Assembly: GCA_964036045.1 (NCBI GenBank)
Contig: OZ038378.1
Span: 179,056,001-179,120,000, forward strand
Direction of reading: 5' to 3'
From: Eutreptiella sp. 'Long Island Sound 2002'
Lineage: Eukaryota > Protista > Euglenida
DNA length: 64,000 nt
Shown piece by piece: positions 38,201-49,758 of this stretch. Made by a program: the position numbers and the translations under genes. Position 1 is the stretch's first letter. The number at the start of each line of letters is the position of its first letter. Under the pieces are notes generated by a model. That model was not told the origin of the DNA. It worked only from the letters and a program-made list of their open reading frames with translations, and made no database searches.

Positions 38201-40869
38201 GCAGTAAAAGCACTCGGGTATTCCTTTCCAGGAGGCTGGCCCTCCATACCAGTTCAGATTGGGATGTTGGCGTTCAACAGGAAATGGAAAGCCTGCCACT
38301 GTTGGCACTGCGTCTGTGTATGCAAATTTTACTCCACCCCACTCGCCACTCACACCGTAGACGTTGCGTATCTTCCAGCCAACCGTCCGCAGGCTCGATA
38401 TCCTGTCAACTGCGATTCTATAACTGTAGCCGGTGGATACTTACGCAGCCTCAATGGCATAACCCCCAGGCTGGGGGAAGTGTTGTAAATGCATCTGCAT
38501 AGTCTGGCATGACTACCACAGCTGCCCTTTGAGGGGCAAATATGTCATAGGTATAGGGCAGGCCATCAAGGATACAGTGTAAATACTTGAGGTACGAAGC
38601 ACTTTGTTGTTGCACATCTATATTTGAACATTTATACTTCCAGTGTAAAGCAGTTTGTCGGAGGCAACCCTCTGCACTGTGGTCGACTGATGTTGAGCAA
38701 TGCAGTACATGTGGCCCTCACAGGGCTTGTAGGTAAACATGCTGGTGGGCCACAGCTGTCTTGCGTCAGCCCGTGTCTCGTGATGAGGGCCTGTGCGGAA
38801 GCATACCAGCTTGCCAATACAAGCTGTCAGGTGGTTTCGGTAGGAGGCACAAGGGCTTCACATGCCTCCTCATGCATGTTGCAGGTGCTTGTGCTGTTGC
38901 GGTACGTGGATATCTGCTGTATGGACTTCAGATTACCTCATGCCACATATGCAATGACAATGACAAAGGGAGCATGCAGCACAAAACAACCTCTACCATC
39001 CCCCATCGGAATCTTGACCTCTTCACCACTGCTTTCTAGCGTCTGTGACCGTTCTTGAAAGGCATTCAGCACCGCCGTGGACCAGAGGCCAAGCTCCTAT
39101 AAGACAAAGGAGGCATCACGGTGGGTGGTGACCACGATCTTGAGCGAGTAACTTGTTCAACCTTGCCTCGCAGGCTTGAACTGACTGTTTGCGCTCAAAC
39201 ATGAAGTCCCCAACCCACCCTTGGAACCCAGCCGATTTAATGCAACTGACTGTGAGTCCCCTGCAGGACCCTGCTTGACCGTGTATGGTCTGCATGCCTC
39301 AGCGTGTGTCACCTTGTGCACCCAGCATGATTGACAATTCAATGTGTGCTTCCTGCCTCCCCATGTATTGCAGCCATATTTCGGATATTGAGTGGTTGGG
39401 GAAGCCATCGTACTCCATCCCAGGCGTCCTTGAGCCTTAAGATTGGCCTCCAAATCCAAATCCAAATCCGGGGGGGACAGTGGGGGCCCTCCCTGGGGGG
39501 AGGGGGGGTTCTCAAGGGGTATGAAGGGGGAGGATCAGGCATCTCCGGACAGCTGGGTACGCAGCCCAAGTAGCCTGACTCACACACTGCCCCTAACCAA
39601 AAGGATAGGGTACCATCGGCTTGGGTATTTCCAGCAATGGGTGCCAGAAACCTCAGTGGGGAGGTGTCCTGAGGCGGTCATGGGGTGAGGCGCACAACAT
39701 GGGGTTCGTGATACACAAAAGAGTGAGGAAAGGCAATTTTGAAGGTGATGGAATTCAGAATTTTTGTTGCCCAGGGAATAGGGAAGCTTCCCCGCCTAAC
39801 GCCAGCATGCTTCAAGCCAGAGCCACCACATCTTTTGGTCACCAACAGTACCAATAGGCTGACAAAGGTGAAGGACCTGGCAGTCCCGGAATGGAAATGG
39901 GCTCTAATAGGGCCCTACGCTTGCGGATGATGAATGCAAAAAACAAAAAAAAAGAAGCAAAGACGGCAGAACGGGTGAGGGGGGCTGATAGTTGACACCG
40001 GAGGACAGGGATGTGTTTAAACTAGGCAAACCATGCACTACTCCTGAAATCCCCAATGTGATCTGCGCATTTTGAGTCTACACACATAGGGGGGATGAGC
40101 AGTTTTACCCCATACCTTATGCCTGGAAAAAATTCTTTGGCGCCTGTGGCGCCAACAGTTTCCCCCAAAATCTCAAATTGGAGAAAGACGGGTTCGAAAC
40201 TTTGGGGGGTCTGAAGGGGGGCATGCCTGGATTCGAACGGGCGCCCACCCTTGGTCAGGCTTTGTGAGGGAGGCTGTCCAGTGCCCTAGTGTTCCATGCC
40301 CACCTAATACACGAGCCCGGACAGTGATAGACGAGACAACATGGGAACAGGTGGCTGGCCATTTAATCGTACACAGGATACCTCCGCAAATGAGGACGAG
40401 GAGGCTGCCAGCATAAAGCAGTTGCAGTGCAGGGCATCCACAGCATCACAGCACACCACACCTCAGGGGACTGCTCAGCTGCCCAACTAATGTAGAATTG
40501 TATTTTACGTTGCACTAATTGCCAGAACTTTAGATCCTCACGCTTGCGTTTCTGCAGGTGCACAATGAAGCAGGCCTCTGTGCATGCAGACACACACATC
40601 AGCAGTGAAGGAGGGAGACATCCACACGCCTTTTTGAAACAGGCGTTGAGCAGGTGTCAGAAGATGTCAATTAACGACTCTTTCATCAAGATATGGTGTA
40701 TCTTACAAGATGAAGGTCGGCACAGACAGAGTCATTCTGCTGTGCTCCGACGCCACTTCACCATGGTCACTTCCCCCATGACCTCCACTACTTAGAAATT
40801 TTGACAGGGCACCCACCGCCACTACAATGATGAGTTCAAAAGGCCGTTGACGGCACAGCCACCAACACC

Positions 40870-42030
40870 TCTACCCCTGTGGTGCGTAATACTGCTGACT
40901 ATCGTGCGTTGCTTCCAACTGCACTGTGGTTCTGATGGCACTTTCGAAATCATGCCAATGCCTTCCCCAGCCCCAAACCCTGAAGCTGCTGAGGTAGTCT
41001 TTCAGCATTTGCTGAAAGTGTGGAGATCGCTTGGTGACAGCAGCTGAGATGACAGCACTCGTGAGGTCTGTGGGTGCCGTTGGCACATCTTCTTAAGGGC
41101 TCCTGTCGCGCACCACAGGCATGCCGCAGGCCTGGAATCATTCCCTAGACCAATAACAAGAACGAAGAACCACAATTCAACAGCATTTTTTTTTTTTTGG
41201 AGTGCTTGTCCACAAGGATGGTAACTAGGGGCGTGTGCACATTGATCTGTTGACACTCTCCTCTCCCCAAGGGAGAAACTGCCCCACACATCCGCACATC
41301 CCACATACATCCGTGCCATTGACTGAATTATTACAGCTGTGCGCCACAGGTGCATCGCAGGGCGCGCTGCATGTGCCGCAGGGCGGAAGCCTTTATTGTG
41401 TGTGCTTTGCGGTGCTTTATTGGGCTCTCTGAACATCTCTCTACTGGCTGACGAACAACCCCAGGGCTACTGTTTATACAAAAAACAGACATGTTGTCAT
41501 GTCATGTGACCGATGTGTAAACATGTGCACTGCAGGCATACTGTGTGTAATGCACATTCACTGAGACAGACTGCTCTGGCACACAACCCAGGCCTCACAT
41601 CCGCACCTTTCTGCCAACAACTGCACTTTCCAAATTCCTCACCCATTCCACGTGCTTCACACATGCTGCCAGCAAATCGTTAAGTCCTCGCAACAATTTT
41701 TGCCGCTCTGAAAGGATGGCATGCACATCTGCCATAATAGCAATGGCAAAGTCCTGCCCGTTGTCGTGATGCGCCCATTGGTACCTTATGTAGAGAGAAA
41801 TGAGAACAGTCATGTACATCTGAGTTTCCTGAACAATGATTTCCCTCACCAACAACTGAACTGGTGCTGTTGGCTGGGGCAAGAAAACAGGCAAGAGGGA
41901 AGAGCTGTCACAACTAGAAACACGAGATTCTCATCATCATTTAGCAAAGCACAGGTGACACAGGTGATCAGGCATTTGTTTGGCAACTCTGAGATGAACT
42001 CATTCAATCGATGGTGAAAGTGCGAGGTTG
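40870..42030 (-). pseudogene. Degraded MULE (Mutator-like) transposase
   Basis: In order, across frameshifts: TFTID; ALLNDDENLVFLVVTAL; EIIVQETQMYMTVLISL; AIMAD; AACVKHVEWVRNL (CxxH); YLSSFRVWGW...RTTVQLEATH (TxN..E..H-like). Confidence 0.5.
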
Positions 42031-43749
42031 AACGAGTCAGCAACCTTGGAAAGAAGGGGGGGGTTTGAGGAAAACGTAGGTCACATACGGAAAAAAGCAA
42101 TCACATATTTTTTTGTTGTAAGACCAAAAAAAGATAACAAAAAAAGTACTGTTTTCTATGTAAGTTGTATATGCTTTTCTGTAACTTGCGCATACTTTTT
42201 TTTCCACAAAAAAGAGAAATAGAACAAAAAGAACAACCCAACAACCACCATTGCTGCCAGAGGAGGTGAAGCATATAGCGCTCACAGACAGTTTGGGCAC
42301 CTCCAACATGGGTAAAGCAATGAAGCCATGGCATGAATGGTGACTTGAGTGTAAAGCAAAACAACACCACCATATTTGTACCCCTGAAGAGGTGGTTGCC
42401 CAATGATGATGTCGAGCTAGTTGTAGCTAGTAGCATGAACTCGAAATGCTCCACCATATTTGCACCTTTTTGTGGCAGTGTTTGTGGTCACTTGAGAGCA
42501 AACGGAGCAAATGATGGGTATGCTCACAGAAAGTGGTAGGCAGTGTATACACTCCACCAGATTTGCACCCTAGAAAAACTGAAAACAACGTGGAGTTGGA
42601 AATAATGTTAAAAAAGGTGCAACTACAAGTAGTTGCAGAATGTGGCAGATGAGCTCAGACTTGGTGTCACTAGACTTAGGTTGTGCACCAAAAGTAGAGT
42701 TCCGCACAAAGGGTCATAAAAGATCCTCTGTTGAGCTCTTTGGTGAGGTCATCAATGAATGCATGGTCATGTTCCAACTGACCCCTTGCACCTGAAGGAC
42801 AACCCATGAGAAGTTTGTGCCACACTTCATGAGTTTTACCTGTTGACAAGTATCTTCTACTCTGGAGGTTTGGATGCCAAATTCAAGGCTGCGTCAAGGC
42901 TTGGCTCTCGGGTGGCGCCCATGGCCGGCACAGCACTGTATGTATGTCACTGCCATAGTACATGCATATGGGTCACCGACTCCATTGTGACACAACTTGT
43001 CGGTAAGCCACACTGCGATCCCTGTCATGCAACCAAGTTCCCTCAACAACGGGTGTTGTGTCAGCCACACACGACCGTTGGGTGCGCGGCCATGATGCTG
43101 AGATGGCATAGCCACATTTTCTTTGGAAGCGCTGATTCTCTTCGCGCTAGCGGGGAGGGGGGCTCCTCTTCCCAAACCACTAATGCACTAGCCTTATTAG
43201 GTAGTGCAATGGCCTCATAGGCACCATTTGGTCTCCCGGTTTATCTGTGCCCAAAGATGCCAAAGACCCCAAGGTTTTGACCACCACCAGGTTTTCTCAA
43301 CTTGTGGGCGTTTGCGGCAGGGCTGCAACTTGCTTTCACGCCTTCCCCATTTCCTTTCGCTCTTCCTGGGACGTGTGCAACACCCCTTCCATGTGCCCTA
43401 TTCTAGCAACCGTCAGCTGTCAACCGTCAGAATGGGTCTGTCTATATCTATCCCAGGCCATTGCTTAGTGGTGCATCCCACATGTGGTGACACTTTGCTT
43501 TTTTGAAAAATTCATGGACACTGAAGCATGGTCCCTTAACACAGACCAAAGAAAGGCAGGGCTGCTAGCGCAGAAGCTAACATTGTGGTTCTGGTTTCGT
43601 GCACTGTGTTGCTTTCCTGGAAGTGATCCACAAATGCGATTGCTCCTGTCACGCACCCAAAACCTGGACCCTGACAACAAATTCCTTTGCAGGCACCACA
43701 AACAGTAGCACGCATCGTCTCTCACCTCTCTCCTTCCATTCCCCTTCCT

Positions 43750-45000
43750 TCATGCAAACCTGCTGTCCAAGACCCATGACCAGACATCTGCAAGCTGCTC
43801 ATAGGCCTGGAATCCAGAGGCAGTTGGGCAAGCACTTGTGACAGTCTCATCTGTCACATTGACAGGCCAACTGTTAGCAGAAGCCCGCAGGAGCTGCCCA
43901 GGGTGTGCACCAGCATGTGGAGATGATGTGGGAGTGAGACGTGGATGCAAAACTTTAGTAATGCTCATCACAAGGCCCAAGAAACCCGTGGTATCCACTG
44001 CCCAGTCGCCATGGTACACCCTCAGACTGTAGCAGTAGCTGTATACAACCTCTGTGCAATTGTTCACCATAAATGGGGACACTTTCGGGGCGAGGGTCGA
44101 GAGCAAGGGCACATCACGGGGCAGCTCTGGATAGTGCACACCGGATGTGCTCGGCGAGGTAAGATCCACAACCTGAAACATTCACAAGGTGTGCCGGATT
44201 GAGGGTGACGGCTCTGCTGGATCAGAGGGCACAGGTCTGTGCTCGGGCAGAGGGGAACATGAATTGCCATACCCAGCCCCCCCCAGTACAAACCTGGCAT
44301 ACCCCCGCTGTGTGTCACACAACTCACATAAAGATTGGAGAGGACCTTCAAAGCTTCACAGTCCTTGGTTTTGGTTGGACTGAAAATGAGGCCCACCAGG
44401 GTCCGGCAGGAGTGTAGCGCGAGAGTAGTCGTGCTCCAATTAGCTCCAATCCCAGGTCCGTCCCAGATGGCACAATACCCCATGCGCAATGTCATAGTCA
44501 AAGGAAGGCATTGCACTCTGGTAGCAAGGTCTACAGCCCATTAAGAGACCTTCATGGTCTACCCAACAGCATGTGAAATGTTACCTTTTAGGGAGGGGTT
44601 GGGTGGGGTGGGGGGTAGCAAATGGCCCCGAGGAGGGGAGGAAAGGTAGGAGGGGAGGGTAGCTAGAGCTCCATACACGATTGCAATCAACTTAGTTTAT
44701 TCGGTTATTCGGTTTTTCATGGTCTACACTCACAGCACGGTCACAGGCTCTTTCCGATTCTTTCGCAAACATGCTTGGTTGGTGCAGGTACATCATCCAG
44801 TGCTGCAAGCATATCTATAAAGTTAAGCAAGCGGAGTGCCTGTGGCGACATGGTCCACAATTGTGAGCAAGGCGCCGTCAGGTGCCGGCATAGATCAGAG
44901 CAATTGTCAGCAAGTATGGCTTACACCCACACTCTTGATTGGCCGTCTGTGTTTCCGCCTCCTGGGCTGAATCATGCCTGTACTATAGTCCAAACGCCAG
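43750..45000 (-). pseudogene. Possible highly decayed non-LTR RT remnant
   Basis: KHRRPI (yRPI-like) and LVGLIFSPTKT (GL..n..KT-like) occur in the right order; no YADD motif found. Confidence 0.25.
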
Positions 45001-46877
45001 CCCGGCAGCACATGCGCCCTCTCCCTTGCCCTGTCACCCACATCCATGCTGAACCGCAACTCCTCGTCACTGGGAACTCTACGGGAGCGGGCATGGGAGT
45101 TGGTACAGATACGCCTCGTGCCTTCGCACTTGGGGGTGGGGAGTAACCAGGGAGCGGATGGACTGGTGGAGCAGGGGCGCAAGATGCACCCGAACAATCG
45201 TTCTTTGCTGCCCAAGAGGCCGCGCTCAGAGCGGAGCTGCAGGTGCTCCCTGACCCGTCAGCCAACTTTGCCACAGAGAGCATCTGTTCCGATCCCACCT
45301 CCTCCCACTTGTGCACCTTCCTTGGCCGTTTTGGTAGCGGCAGGTCATTTTGGGGGTGCTTCTACCAAACATCCACACCTACTGTTCATTGGCCTTTGCC
45401 TCAATGTCTTTCAGGACCACCAGTGCATTTGAGTCCCCGCTGCCACTCTCTCCCTTGTGTGCTGTTCACTGACTGACAGTCATTGACTTTTGGCTTAGTG
45501 GGCTGTACCAACGTAGGCATGCAGTGCTTGCCTGAGCTGTTCGACCACACTGCGCAGGTTGTTTGCAGGACCTTCAGGTCGGGAGTTTACCCCAGATATA
45601 GTGTGCTGCACTGCGCAGGGCACACCTTTGGAAAGTCCACCATATACCATGGAGTCCATTGCATGCCAGACAGCTCATTAAGCACAGTACCAGAGGACAA
45701 GCTCTGCTTAAACTTCTCACGATAAACGGGTGGCAGCTCGTTGAGCACTTGAGTCACAGCAGCTGCTTGCGCTCCAGAGGTACTGTCAATCAACTCAAGC
45801 TGCGCAATTGCGTTCTCCAGAGCTGCTGTGTCCGCCTCCTCAATCAATTCCATCCTGTCCTGCTCCTGCATAGCAGGAACCATACAGATTGGATCAGCCG
45901 AAGGGGAAACAGCTCTGAATCTCCCAAACCAGACCATGCTGGTCCCCCAGAGTCGGTATTGCATGACCAGCTGTGCTGCAGATGGTCAAGCAAGCATTGT
46001 GGTTGAAGTTTGCAGTTTGTTGAGCATGCTGGATGCTGTCCTGCAGATGTGGGGTCATCTCACATGTGCACAGCAGGTGATGAAGGCCACGTGGCAGGTC
46101 AGGCTGGAGAAAGTGCAAGACCTGAACCCTTTTCTGTTTTCTTCTGTTTGCACTGCTCATTTAAGGAAAGATCGCAAAATGCCACAAATGCGCAACACCC
46201 CACAACCGCAAGGATGACAGCAGCAGAGGTAATATCAATGATGCATATCACTACATTTGTCATCATGTGTTATATATGCAGTGCAAGCAGAAGCCCCACC
46301 CAAACGTCCTTTGGAGCTGAGTGGAAATGCTTCCTTTCCAAAAATAAATATTCTCCCCCCACCCCCCCTTGAATAGTCCCCCTACGATGCCGGACGGCGT
46401 CCCCACCATCACTTCATTTGTGCAATGGCTGAATTCCTCTTGAATTTCAACGGAAGATTCACGGAAATGGCATTGCAGAAATGTTGCTTACTTCTGTGGT
46501 CTGCAAACTAGGACGGCGCAAACGTCTGGCACACACCTACCCTCCTGCACACTTCACCGACCCAGTGGTGTGCAGAAAAACCGAGCAAAAAACGCACCTT
46601 TTGCGGGACCGTAAGAAGATTGACATGCCCCTGCCAAAAAAAATGAGTCTCAGAACCACTCATTTTGTGTAAAATCAAGGAAAATTGGCTGGCAACGAAA
46701 AAGTCAAATTTCGAAAGATGCTTGGAACCCAAAAAATGCAATCAAAATGGGGAAAAGAGTACCGCACCGTGTGGGTAACTGCAGTGCCGTGCACCGCAGC
46801 CAATTCCCCTCCAGAAAAAGGGGGGAAACCGAAAAGTCTCAATCTCAAAAGTGTGTACCGCCTAAGGGGAACCAAGA

Positions 46878-48109
46878 GTGTCGTTGCGAAATTTCGCAAC
46901 AACACACAAGAATTGACGAATTACATACACAGGATATCATTGCCATGTTTGTTGACGGCCACCTTTGCAAGATCTTGCAGACCGACACACTATGTGTTTG
47001 CAAGATCTTGCAAACACATAGTATGTATGGATGCGAGATCTCGCAAAGACACGCACTGCGTTTTTGCGAGATCCCGCAAAGACACGAAGCGTGCCTCTGC
47101 GAGATCCTGCAAACACAATACACACAGATCTCGCAAAAGCATGCTTCGTGTCTTTGCGGGATCTCGCAAAGGTAGCATTGTTGTCCTTCCGAAATCTAGC
47201 ACTAGCAGGAGACCTGCTGTTGCAAATTCACAATGGCAGCAAATCGGGTACTCTTAATATGTTGCCTTCATGTGTACACACCCACCGAATCGCATGCAGT
47301 GCTTGTCCTTAGGTTTGCAATGTGTGAGGGTACCCCTCACTTGGATTACCGCCATACAATAGCTAATTGCAAACTGACTACCGTGGTCACAAATAAAGTA
47401 TTCCAATTTAATGCCCTAGACTACTTCCCTTGCCTACCATCTCATTTGCTCAGAATAGACACCGTTCACCGCCAATCTGAGAACTTTGAGCGCTGACTAT
47501 CATGCTGATAAGCACGCTATTTTGCATGAAGGCAACGACTCCGACAGCAATGGTTGTCAGAACCCCTACAAAAAGCAAGATGCATACCTTGCGTTTGAGG
47601 TGCATTTAAAAAAAGAACGCAGTGTGCTTGTCAGCATGATAGTCAGCAGCAGATGCCCTCAGGGTGGCGGTGGACGGTGTCTATTCGAGACAAGAAGAAG
47701 GGAGGTGCCAAGGAAAGCCATGTGGCAGATAAATTTTGAATACCAGATTTGTGACCATAGTGATGAGGTTGCAATTAGCTATTGCATCACGGTAATCCAA
47801 GTGAGGGACACCCTCACACATTGCAAACCTGAGGACAAGCAATGCATGCAACATGAAGGGTGTGTACAAATGAAGGTAACAGATTAACCTTATCCGATTT
47901 GCTGCCAATGTGATCACCACACTAGCAGGCCTCCTACTAGTAGATTTTGCAAAGGCAGCAATGCCACCTTTGCAAGATACTTTGTGAGATCTTGCAAGCA
48001 AATAGTGTGTGTGTGTTTAGGAGATGTCGCAAAGGTGGCTGTCAACAAACATGGCAATGATATACCATGTATGTACTTCGTGTGTCGTTGCGAAATTTTG
48101 CAACGACAC
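46878..48109. mobile_element. Foldback/long-TIR non-autonomous element with 28-32 bp palindromic ends and an internal palindrome array
   Basis: 46878-~47410 is the inverted copy of ~47730-48109. Both ends are GTGTCGTTGCGAAATTT(C/T)GCAAC(A/G)ACAC. TGC(G/A)AGATC(T/C)(C/T)GCA repeats ~33 bp apart at 46965-47170. Confidence 0.75.
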
Positions 48110-49758
48110 ACCCGAACCCTAAGCCATGCTTTGGAGCATGCCATGGCGAGATTTGGCAATGGCATGTTACACCACCATCTGAAAAAGGAAGCCCCCAAGC
48201 CAAAACTGAAAAAGGGGTTTTCGGGTAACAGGGGCCTATGTGCGGTGAAAACATGCCAGACGTTTCCGCCGTCCTAGGCAAAAGGAGGCAAAAAACATCT
48301 GCTTGGCACAGCGCTGTGCGAGGTCGCAGCCTCCAATGTTTCCGAAGTCTCGACACCCCCCCCCCCCCCCGAATGCGCAGACCAGGGATTGACCATTGTG
48401 TCTGAGTGTGTCCAAATAAGACAACAGCCGGCCAGTTCACTATTTCGGCTTGAGCGGGATTCAGTATCACATGCGTGAAATGGTGCTGGTGCTTCTGCTG
48501 CAGTGCCCTGCCTGAGAACTAGGACTACTGCGTGTCCAGGTAGACACATTCTTGACCCCAACCAAGGAAGGGCTGTGACATTGCAAGGAAATGCAGGGCC
48601 AGGTTCCGAGGCTATCCCTGGGGAAATTTTGCCATGGGCACTATAAGCCCATTGGACCTCAGTTCAAACAACAGGTGGAGGGGTGAAGATTTGCGGTCAA
48701 AGAGCTTTTTGGAATTTTGAAAAACTGGGGACTTTTGCGGTTCTCATGAACAATATGAAAAATACCTCATTTGCCAAACAAAAATAAGCTAGTTCCTGAA
48801 GTTTTGCAGTCCCAAAATAACAACAACCCAAAACAGAAAAACATGCAGAGGCAACTAGTGAAATGTCACTGAAGGTCAATCCAAAAAAAAAAAAATTGGA
48901 ACACTGCGAAATTGGCAATTTCCAAGAAATTTTCAACAATTTCAAAAAAATTCTTGAAATTTCAAAAAAACAAAAAAAAGCCATTTCCAAAGGAAAAAAT
49001 GCAAGAACTCTCTTGCCTTCGGGATGGCACCTCAAAGAGAGACGAGTGATGTCGAGGCTGTTGTGGAAACCGTTGTGGGAAAGTCATACACTGTAGGCCA
49101 AGCAAGTTTTGTCCACCTTGGTGAAAACAGGCCCAAAGCGGCGCTTTCGGGGGCCAATTAGCACCACTAGGAGAGCCTAGTTGGTGCTGCATAGCTCCCC
49201 ATGAGTTTATACGTACTCAGATTGTCACCAAATGATCACCCAACAACGGCCCAAGGGTCTCCAGAGGTCGTCAAAGGTCGAAAGTCACCCATAAATCGCG
49301 ACTTTTCAAACAATCCATGGTGGCATGAAAACGGCTCACTCCTCACATTGGGGCTTCAATTGGTCGGTAGGCTGAGCTGGATGTCCCCGCCATAGACACT
49401 TCCAGCCATTGTTCTTCAGCAAGTTCACAGCAGTGCGTCCGGGTTTTTGCTAGGCGACTGTCCCGGTGCTTCCGCCAGTGTTCGCTTGTCCCTACCTTCC
49501 ATATGTACACTGTCGTACCCAAGTTTGCGGGGCTTTGACTCTACAGGGTCAGTGGCGTGCATGGTGGTCAGGGTCAGTCCCTGGGATACCTGCTTGACGC
49601 TGGCCCCATTCGGCCGGTACTCCTGGGATCTTGGTTCGGGCTCACTGTGCCCTGGTGGTGCTGGTTAGCGCACATTCAACACACAGCCATTCAGGGGGGG
49701 GGGGGGGGTTGCTTGGGTGGGTTTGTTGCGCTGATGGTGCCCATGTGGGGCACTGGGT

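Noticed and set aside
35300-39500. Many short ORFs suggesting genes or transposases
   Set aside because: No recognisable motifs; compatible with random ORFs in decayed sequence.
40210-40250. tRNA B-box-like GTTCGAATCC on the minus strand
   Set aside because: The flanks do not form a T-stem and no cloverleaf or A-box was found.
46965-47170. CRISPR-like palindromic repeats
   Set aside because: Spacers are short (<20 nt) and related to each other, the context is eukaryotic TE sequence, and there are no cas genes.
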